Part shown: in pieces, positions 10,187-17,632 of the stretch
How positions within the stretch are numbered: position 1 is the first letter of the stretch
Layout of the letters: every line of letters starts with the position of its first letter
Assembly: GCA_031416075.1 (NCBI GenBank)
Contig: JANOSY010000054.1
Coordinates: 1 to 63,681 of the forward strand
DNA: 63,681 nucleotides
Direction of reading: 5' to 3'
From: Candidatus Tenderia sp.
GTDB lineage: Bacteria > Pseudomonadota > Gammaproteobacteria > Tenderiales > Tenderiaceae
Notes under the pieces: model-generated
What the model was told of the DNA's origin: nothing
The model's input: the letters and a program-made list of their open reading frames with translations, nothing else
Databases searched by the model: none
Program-made: the position numbers and the translations under genes

Positions 10187-11515
10187 TTAACTATCCTTGT
10201 TTTCAACAACATGGATCGTACCTCTCATAGCACGGCTATCCAGAAAAAATAAAGTTAATGTAATCGAACCGACGATCATCCAAATACCATATCTGAAATC
10301 TGTAGCGGGAAGGATGATGAATCGTGAAGCCGAAAGTAATATAGACAAAAATATTGAAACCTCAACAACCCCCACCTTCTTGTATAAAACTGAAAGAGTG
10401 AGCAGCGCTGAGGTAAAAACAAGATAATACCAGTATCGATACATGGGTCCAAAGGCATTTGAGTCAAAGAACCAATACAAATCAATATTCAATTGACTCC
10501 TTTCTGATCTCTGGGTAAAGGAGCTGAGTGACATTTCTGCCCTAGGATATGGATAATGCACTTCTGGCGTACCCATACCAAGGAATGTTTTTGCAACACA
10601 AAACCTATGCTTAAGGTACGCTGATGGTTCTTTTAAAACATTATTAATCCACAATTCGGAGAACCGCTCTGCTTCTACGGCAGAGTCAGTTATTAGTGCT
10701 TGTTGAGGCAAGTTAATGTTAAACATCTTATGAGGACCGAAAACAAGAGCATCGGATGTGCTGCAAATATAGCCATCTACCGGGCCATGTGAACCCGAAT
10801 AATTTTCAATTCCAACTATGTCCCAAATAGCCGTATTTAACCAGGGATTCAGTCGCTGTGTGACGAAAGATCCAATCAGTTGATTCACTAAAATCGTGCA
10901 AAAAACGAAAACCAAAATGCAAAATAATATATTACGTTTTTTATCAGAAATGCTTACCACGGGGATTCCAAAAAAAAGAGCGCTAATTACAAAGGGTGCA
11001 GCAATAATTGCGTAATCAACGCGGATAAGCATACTAATTAAAAAAAATATTCCTGTGAAAATTATGAATTTCAGTTTTTTTTGATTAATAGCCTCAATAG
11101 AATATGCTGCACATAATAAAGTAGTCGATATGACCCAACAATCTTTCCATAGAGCCCCCATATTGGTAAAAATTGGCGGATATACTAATAGTAAAATGAA
11201 AGCGATTACTGAAAGAAAAAAATTACGTAGCCGCATAGAGAAAAACATCACAGCAGCAATATAGAGGGATATCTGTATTAGCCAAACACCGCCGGCGCTC
11301 TTGTATAAAGAAAACAGTTTCCCCCAGATTAGTACGATAAACGGTGGATGCCAATTGGTAAGCAACTGCTGCCCGCTCCCCTGAGAGAGCATGTATATGC
11401 TATCTGCCGTAAGGTAGCCGGGATAAAAAACTGAAGCATAGAATGCAATGAAAAATGGCGTCAAACCAATAAGGACAGGAAATCTGAGCCGATTTAAGTT
11501 TTGGAGAGAACGCAT
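10187..11515 (-). CDS. Polytopic membrane protein, probable GT-C-fold (lipid-donor) glycosyltransferase
   Basis: About 10 or more hydrophobic segments; first loop FYPGYLTADS...NWHPP, LWKD and late DFRY motifs; AT-rich. Confidence 0.6.
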   Translation of the reverse strand: MRSLQNLNRLRFPVLIGLTPFFIAFYASVFYPGYLTADSIYMLSQGSGQQLLTNWHPPFIVLIWGKLFSLYKSAGGVWLIQISLYIAAVMFFSMRLRNFFLSVIAFILLLVYPPIFTNMGALWKDCWVISTTLLCAAYSIEAINQKKLKFIIFTGIFFLISMLIRVDYAIIAAPFVISALFFGIPVVSISDKKRNILFCILVFVFCTILVNQLIGSFVTQRLNPWLNTAIWDIVGIENYSGSHGPVDGYICSTSDALVFGPHKMFNINLPQQALITDSAVEAERFSELWINNVLKEPSAYLKHRFCVAKTFLGMGTPEVHYPYPRAEMSLSSFTQRSERSQLNIDLYWFFDSNAFGPMYRYWYYLVFTSALLTLSVLYKKVGVVEVSIFLSILLSASRFIILPATDFRYGIWMIVGSITLTLFFLDSRAMRGTIHVVENKDS

Positions 11516-11582
11516 TAGATTTTGTTTCCGCTTGATATCTTTATTTTAATTTTAAAACCATCTTTGGATGAAGACGTCAACA

Positions 11583-12410
11583 TCAAAAAGAGGTCTTGCT
11601 TGGGTTGTACTTTCCAAAACACGCATTAAATAGGGTCATCAATACGGATAAATTTCCTCTAATGCTGCTGATCTTGGTCGGCACCTCTCCTTTGGGATAT
11701 ATCCGAATTGTTGGCAACTCGACACAACGATAGCCAAGTTTCGGTGCACAATAAGAAAGATATGCAAGCAGTTCATAAGTCATAAATACATCGCGAAACG
11801 GTTCGACCTTGGGATCAAGCAACATTTTTCGGCTGTAGGCGCGAAAACCTTGTGTCGTGTCCGTCCATCTGAAGCCTGAAAACAGGCTCAACATCGGGGC
11901 ATGAATAAACCGGATAGCGAAGTCTCGTGACTTAGGTGTGTTTTCTGCCGCCCCCCCCGTGATGAAACGTGATGCCTGAACAAAGTCCACTCCGTGTTTT
12001 AGCGCCTCAATGAAACGCGGTATGGCCTCCGGATCATCCTTGTCATTCCCGTCAATGGTCACGATTCCCTCGTAGCCCTGATCAGCCGCAAAAGCGTAAG
12101 CGCAACGAAGCTGGGCGCTCAATCTGCCCGGACCGGTCTTAATCAGAAGTGCGCGCACGCTATTTTGTCGCAACGACTCCAATCCCAACGAGCCATCAAT
12201 ACTGCCACCATCGATGATGATGATGTCGGCGATAGCATCGATTTTGAGAACCGCCATTCGACAAAGCAGATTCTTTATTCGTTCACCTTCATTGATGACT
12301 GGAATCACGACACACCATGGGTGCTGGCGACCAAGCCATAGAGGCGTTTCAAAAGTTGGAACTTGCCAACTGGCACGAATTATACGGTCAATATTAAGGG
12401 TCATTGTCAT
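11583..12410 (-). CDS. GT2 polyprenol-phosphate glycosyltransferase (DPM synthase/ArnC-like), soluble
   Basis: VVIPVINE, IDGGSIDGS, IDGNDKDDP, ASRF, DTTQGFRAYS. Confidence 0.85.
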   Translation of the reverse strand: MTMTLNIDRIIRASWQVPTFETPLWLGRQHPWCVVIPVINEGERIKNLLCRMAVLKIDAIADIIIIDGGSIDGSLGLESLRQNSVRALLIKTGPGRLSAQLRCAYAFAADQGYEGIVTIDGNDKDDPEAIPRFIEALKHGVDFVQASRFITGGAAENTPKSRDFAIRFIHAPMLSLFSGFRWTDTTQGFRAYSRKMLLDPKVEPFRDVFMTYELLAYLSYCAPKLGYRCVELPTIRIYPKGEVPTKISSIRGNLSVLMTLFNACFGKYNPSKTSF

Positions 12411-12426
12411 TTTATTCTTTTATCTA

Positions 12427-12783
12427 TCAGACCACTCGCGCCGTAATCAGTGCTACACCCGCGATTACCAGTACGATCCCTGCTGCCGTTGTCCAGTGGA
12501 ACGGTTCCCTAAAAATCAACACCGAACACAAGGCAACGGTCGCTACCGCTCCCGCGGTCAGAACGGGATGGGCTACATTGAGTGGCAAACGAGCTAAGGC
12601 AGCGGCGTAGAGCAGGAATGCTACACCATAAAGACACAGCCCGAACCAGAACGGCCAATTACTCAACGCCGCCATGGGTTCACTCAGAGATGGAAATTTT
12701 CGAGGGGGCATCATGGCCATTTTGACTAGGACGCTGGCTGAAGCGTTGGAGGCAATACCGAGAATCAGAATAAGCCACTTCAT
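12427..12783 (-). CDS. SMR/DMT small transporter, ArnE/ArnF-like flippase candidate
   Basis: 118 aa, 4 TMs, ALARLPLNVAHP and FREP...GIVLVIAGV. Confidence 0.8.
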   Translation of the reverse strand: MKWLILILGIASNASASVLVKMAMMPPRKFPSLSEPMAALSNWPFWFGLCLYGVAFLLYAAALARLPLNVAHPVLTAGAVATVALCSVLIFREPFHWTTAAGIVLVIAGVALITARVV

Positions 12784-13616
12784 GTGTTAATCCCAATTCC
12801 ATTGTTGCGATAATATTGAATCGCCACGTTCAGTGCGCGCTCAATCGATACTTCGTGTGGTTCATTCTTAGTCGCCAGCATCTCGATGGAAACCACGTGA
12901 TTTGGTAAATGCTGCTTCAGGGCGGCAACCACCTTGGAGTGGTCAGTTCCTCCGTCACCCAAGGGAAGCAGATCTGGCTCACTGGCATGAACGTGGCCAA
13001 TAAGAGGGGCACAGTCTTCCAGTATGATGATGGGATCTTCGTCATTGATGGTGAGTGCACCTGTATCCAGCTGCATCCAAACAGCTGGATGTGAAATCTG
13101 CCGTACCATCTGTGCAGTTTCACCGCTGGTGGTCATGAAGTTGGCGCCATAGCAAGTTGGGGTGGGTTCAAGGCAAATCACAACCTCATAAGATTGAGCA
13201 ACATCTCCAAGGCGCCGAAAAAAAGGAACTGCCACATCCATCGCTTGCTGATCGCTCAAACCGGTGCGATCCCTATTTTTAGGCGAGCCAAAAACCAGTC
13301 GCTTGCTCCCCAAACCAGCGCCGATGCGGCACACTGCGGTGATATGTTGCAGCATTGCGTCTTGCGCCCCCGGCGAGCCAAAGACGTTCAATCCAGTTGT
13401 ACCAAACAACAACGCCTGCATACCCGTAATTTCGATGCCACGCTCAGACCACTGGTGTTTTACGCGCGCAATGTCTTCATCTGTCGCCTTTTCAGGTTCA
13501 GGGAAATACTTGCCTGGCGCGACATCAATTGCGTGGACACCAAAACGCTGAAGCAGTATGGCTATCGCATCATCTTCAACGGTGTCCCAAGCTATGTTTG
13601 ATATGGCTAGCCTCAT
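12780..13616 (-). CDS. Sugar isomerase/epimerase, xylose-isomerase-like TIM barrel
   Basis: LAISNIAW, VFGSPKNR and spaced metal ligands LEP, LDTG, HVHASE, SIEM. Confidence 0.8.
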   Translation of the reverse strand: MRLAISNIAWDTVEDDAIAILLQRFGVHAIDVAPGKYFPEPEKATDEDIARVKHQWSERGIEITGMQALLFGTTGLNVFGSPGAQDAMLQHITAVCRIGAGLGSKRLVFGSPKNRDRTGLSDQQAMDVAVPFFRRLGDVAQSYEVVICLEPTPTCYGANFMTTSGETAQMVRQISHPAVWMQLDTGALTINDEDPIIILEDCAPLIGHVHASEPDLLPLGDGGTDHSKVVAALKQHLPNHVVSIEMLATKNEPHEVSIERALNVAIQYYRNNGIGINT

Positions 13617-14407
13617 TATTTTGTCCCCGATTCAGATTTGATCGTGAGCGGCTCAGATTGCGCATAGGCCCTAATGGCTTGGATTGTTTCACGTGCGCTG
13701 TACTGGTAATGCCCGACAGCACCGAAAACTTGAGCGTAACAGCTTCGCATGTCGTATGTGGCCGGGGTGTTATCCAAGACCTGTTCGAAGGCCTTGCCAA
13801 AGCCTTTCTGTGAAATCTCAGCCACACTGATTGGTTCTGCTGTGAGGTGAATTAATTTCAAGCCAGCATTGAGTGCTGTTTGAATGTCATACCAGAGACT
13901 GACCATTGGGTAGAACTGGAAAACTCCTCGGCTCTCAATAACGTGCAAATTATTGTCATTCAATAAATCGAAGATGACATTTTTGCGCAACCCAGGGCCA
14001 ACGAGCCCAGGCAGACGCACTATCAAGTAGCTGGGAAAATGGCTTTCAACAAATTTCTCAAGCAGGCGCCGATGCAGGCCATAAGCGTGCAGTCCTGTTT
14101 CATCGACTAGCGTTTTTTCATCCGCCCCCATCGAACTCTTGAACACATCAACGGTGCTGATCAATATAAATGTGTTGCACTGAATGGTTTTCAGGTGCGC
14201 GATCAGGCTATCAATCTTCTGACGATCCACCTCAGGTTCTCGGTTGGCAATCCATTTCTGCGCGGGTGCTCCAGCGCATACAACTGTATCGAATGACTGA
14301 CCCTCGATATAGCGGATATTTGTCGAACGATAAAGTGATTCGAAGGAAGCCTGTTTAAGTAGTGTGCTTCCGACGAAACCTGAAAATCCAATTAGTGCAT
14401 TAGTCAT
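13616..14407 (-). CDS. NAD(P)-dependent extended SDR with YxxxR catalytic variant
   Basis: GFSGFVG, ISTVDVF, AYGLHR, VRLPGLVG. Confidence 0.8.
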   Translation of the reverse strand: MTNALIGFSGFVGSTLLKQASFESLYRSTNIRYIEGQSFDTVVCAGAPAQKWIANREPEVDRQKIDSLIAHLKTIQCNTFILISTVDVFKSSMGADEKTLVDETGLHAYGLHRRLLEKFVESHFPSYLIVRLPGLVGPGLRKNVIFDLLNDNNLHVIESRGVFQFYPMVSLWYDIQTALNAGLKLIHLTAEPISVAEISQKGFGKAFEQVLDNTPATYDMRSCYAQVFGAVGHYQYSARETIQAIRAYAQSEPLTIKSESGTK

Positions 14408-14429
14408 TCATTACTCCAGATATGGCGTG

Positions 14430-15572
14430 CTATTGAACTGTGATGCCGGCAAATTGCTCTGCGTCCAGTTTTTCAAGAACATCGTATATGTTGTCTATCT
14501 TCCCACCCAGAACAGAGTAACAGCCTGGCAACTCTGGATGCTTTTCAAACAAAATCGGCCTACCGTCATCACCCTCGTTCTTCACTAGAACGGTTTTGAT
14601 CTCGAATAACGAATCGACATATTTTGCATCAAGCACCGTAGGGAGATAGCGCCCCACATCCCTGACCATGCGATCGACACGCGTTGCACGTTCATACCGA
14701 TTGAGTTTTTGGTAAGGATCGATGCCATGCTCATCATTCCAGTGCATGTGCGGAGTGTAACGAACATGAGAAAGTGTGTGCAGCCCACGAGCGGGGAACG
14801 GCATCATTGAGAAAAATGGCCCGTCCATCACGGTGATGCCCAAGCCCTGAAGTGCGGGTGTTACCTGCATTAGCGTCATTTCGGTGATCTCCTGTTTGAG
14901 GCTTGTTTGGGTGCCAGGAAAATCCCCCTTGAATTGATTAAGTCCACTGTAGGTGCAGTTGAATACGTAACGGCAAGTGAGCAACTCTTCAGACCCGTAT
15001 TCAGGTTTTAAGACAACCTGCAATATTTGATTTGGCCCGTTTGAGATTGCCGTTACGCTCGTTTGAAGACGGATCTGTACGCCACAAACTTGCAATTCGC
15101 TCGCAGCCCAACTCGCCAACTTGGTCGCATCAAAAGCATACTCTTCGACCAGAAATACATCCTCAATTAGACGCGGCTCAAACAGTGCCCGCAAACTCGG
15201 TTCTGCTGGTTGAATCTTGGCACCAATCTCCCGGCAGAAGCGATCAAACTGCTTGGCAGTAACTTTGGAATTACGGCGTGCAATTGCATAAAGCTTGGTG
15301 AAATCTTGTTTTACTGCATCTGGCCAATCTCGTACGAACTTGGGCAGATTAACTCGGCTTCTATATGCTGTCGTAAAGCTGCGTGGATAATGATAACCGT
15401 TGTGAACGCGCGCCTGATTACTATAAGACGCGCGAGTGAGAAGTGCAGATTCTCGCTCTACCAGGAGGATGCGCTTGACTCCACGCTGCTTGGCCAAGTA
15501 AATGGCAATGGCGGTGCCATAAAACCCGCCTCCAATAATGACAGCGTCTTGTTTAGTATCTGCTGCCGACAT
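14430..15572 (-). CDS. FAD-dependent oxidoreductase (DAO/L-2-hydroxyglutarate oxidase-like fold)
   Basis: IIGGGFYG dinucleotide motif, ASYSNQARVHNGYHYPRS, MDGPF, GGKID; TGATG coupling to the upstream GT2. Confidence 0.82.
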   Translation of the reverse strand: MSAADTKQDAVIIGGGFYGTAIAIYLAKQRGVKRILLVERESALLTRASYSNQARVHNGYHYPRSFTTAYRSRVNLPKFVRDWPDAVKQDFTKLYAIARRNSKVTAKQFDRFCREIGAKIQPAEPSLRALFEPRLIEDVFLVEEYAFDATKLASWAASELQVCGVQIRLQTSVTAISNGPNQILQVVLKPEYGSEELLTCRYVFNCTYSGLNQFKGDFPGTQTSLKQEITEMTLMQVTPALQGLGITVMDGPFFSMMPFPARGLHTLSHVRYTPHMHWNDEHGIDPYQKLNRYERATRVDRMVRDVGRYLPTVLDAKYVDSLFEIKTVLVKNEGDDGRPILFEKHPELPGCYSVLGGKIDNIYDVLEKLDAEQFAGITVQ

Positions 15573-16597
15573 CAATTGAATCGTTCGAGGTTGGTGTTTA
15601 GCATATGCGTCTGTTCTGACGCCACTTCCTCTACATTCAACTTCTCACGCCGAGTCATGCGCACACTCGTGAACTCTTGCCCGACGTGATAAAGAGGGCC
15701 TTCATTAGACAGGCTGGCCATATGCAGTATGTACTCTCCAAGTACCAGAAGAACGAGCGAGATTAAAAAAAACATTCCGGATTGTTGAAGGGATAGGCTG
15801 ACCCAACCCGGTGCAACATCTACCTTCAATAAACCTATGGCAACGACGTAGATGGAGTACATAAGATTGGCAACCGCTCCAAATAATGAGAGCGAGGTGA
15901 CGAGCCGCATCGGCGCCCGTGTGGTTGAAACCAACAGCCGCATACCCCGGTCGATACTTTCCCCCAGTCGTTTGGTGTGCGAAAACTTCAGCGTGGCACT
16001 GTAGTTGAGATTGACGCGCGCAAACCCCCCTGTCGCAGGCAGATGACGATAGGTCATCGCTGGCTGGGGATGTTGAAGAATGAAGTTGACGACCCTCTTG
16101 CTCAGAATGCGATAGTGAGGAGCATCTTTGTCCAAGTGGATACCGTTGAACGACTTGTAAAACCCATTGAAGACAGCATATGCGCCCCGATAAGCAATGC
16201 TCTGAGCTGTTTTTTGTTCATTGTTAGCGAAGACCACATCGGCACCGCTGGCAGCCTTGTCGAGCATTTCTGGTAGAAAAGCGATGTCGTCAGTCAATGG
16301 GTCAATGACGGCGACGAAATCACCTAGTGCGTTCTCCAGCCCAACCCACGACGCAGTATCAACATCTACTTCTTTGGTCAGGGCGTACACTTGCAAATTG
16401 GGGAACCCGTTTTCCCCCGTGAGATTTTTGAGTACCAAAACGCTATCGTCGTCAGATGCATTGTCGACTATTATAAGTTCATAATCACTGACGAGGAAGG
16501 AAATGCAAGCAGTGGCATCGGATAACATTTTTTTAATATGGTCAGACTGGTTGCGCACAACGAACACAACCGACAGAAAAATAGGAAAAAACGCCAT
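15572..16597 (-). CDS. GT2 with two C-terminal TM helices (GtrB/ArnC-like), degenerate DxD
   Basis: YELIIVDNASDD, GDFVAVIDPLTDD, C-terminal APGW...LGEYI...GPLY. Confidence 0.78.
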   Translation of the reverse strand: MAFFPIFLSVVFVVRNQSDHIKKMLSDATACISFLVSDYELIIVDNASDDDSVLVLKNLTGENGFPNLQVYALTKEVDVDTASWVGLENALGDFVAVIDPLTDDIAFLPEMLDKAASGADVVFANNEQKTAQSIAYRGAYAVFNGFYKSFNGIHLDKDAPHYRILSKRVVNFILQHPQPAMTYRHLPATGGFARVNLNYSATLKFSHTKRLGESIDRGMRLLVSTTRAPMRLVTSLSLFGAVANLMYSIYVVAIGLLKVDVAPGWVSLSLQQSGMFFLISLVLLVLGEYILHMASLSNEGPLYHVGQEFTSVRMTRREKLNVEEVASEQTHMLNTNLERFN

Positions 16598-16747
16598 TTA
16601 TCACTCCTAACACGCTAACGGCGGGAGTTAGCTAGCCTATTTGCAAAAATACAATGCTATTTTAATCTACAGGGAGGGGGGGCGCCACTCTTTCTGTACA
16701 ATTTTATCCACATCAGACTTCTGGCCAGTTCAGAATATCCAATATCG

Positions 16748-17632
16748 TTACCGCCACGAACTGAAAGCGCGACGAACCGTGTAATACGCAATCACAGCCC
16801 CAAAACGCAACCAAACCCCAACAGCCAACAGCCACATCAATACATCAGGATATTGCCCCCTAAAGAACTTTCGATAAAACCGCATCATCCCCTTATGCTT
16901 ATGCCACTCGACAAAGATGGGACGGGAACGGCTACACGCCCCCTTCTGATGCACTACCTTCGCATCCGGCACAAATAGAATTTTCCAACCGTGCTGGCGG
17001 AAACGCATGCACCAATCGAGGTCCTCACAGTGCAGAAAATAGCCTTCGTCCCACAAACCTACGTCGTCGACTGCTTCACGCTTAACTAACATGCAGGCAC
17101 CAGAAATGGCCTCAACCTCAATAGCACGATCCGGCAAGGGCAGTTTGTGCAGATAAAAATCAAAGAACAGAGTGGGCCAGCGCTTGGCAAGGCGGTTCAA
17201 CCCCATAGCCCGCACAAAAGAACGCCATGGCGTCGGCACAGCGCGACGCCCACCGCCCTGTTCAGAACCATCGGGATTACATAAAAAACCGCCAACCATA
17301 CCAATGGTCCCCGAACAACACAGCACATCAACCATACGAACTAAAGCGTCATCAGCTAAAGTGCAATCTGGGTTTAGAAATAGCACCCGGCTTGCAGATG
17401 ACTCACGTATTCCAAGATTGCAAGCCGTGGCAAAACCCAAGTTCACATCATTACGTATGACCAATAGATTTTTATTGGAGGTTGCTTGCTCTAAGTCGTC
17501 AATGCTTCCATCTCTTGAAGCATTGTCAACAACAATGCATTTCTCCGCACCTGCTAGAAACACAGAACAAACACATTCAATCAACAGCTTACCAGCATTG
17601 TAATTGACGATAACCACATCGCAATCACGCAT
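16748..17632 (-). CDS. GT2 glycosyltransferase, WbbL-like (probable rhamnosyltransferase)
   Basis: VVIVNYN, VDNASRDGS, NLGFATACN, FLNPD, SGACML, YFLHCEDLDWC. Confidence 0.85.
   Translation of the reverse strand: MRDCDVVIVNYNAGKLLIECVCSVFLAGAEKCIVVDNASRDGSIDDLEQATSNKNLLVIRNDVNLGFATACNLGIRESSASRVLFLNPDCTLADDALVRMVDVLCCSGTIGMVGGFLCNPDGSEQGGGRRAVPTPWRSFVRAMGLNRLAKRWPTLFFDFYLHKLPLPDRAIEVEAISGACMLVKREAVDDVGLWDEGYFLHCEDLDWCMRFRQHGWKILFVPDAKVVHQKGACSRSRPIFVEWHKHKGMMRFYRKFFRGQYPDVLMWLLAVGVWLRFGAVIAYYTVRRAFSSWR

Noticed and set aside
10970-11082. Three A8/T8 runs in the GT-C-like gene as phase-variation tracts
   Set aside because: Expected in an AT-rich gene rich in Phe and Lys codons; the frame is intact.
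12427-12783. SMR protein as a drug or quaternary-ammonium exporter
   Set aside because: It lacks the TM1 Glu of EmrE/Gdx (Asn here), and its context fits an ArnE/F-like flippase.
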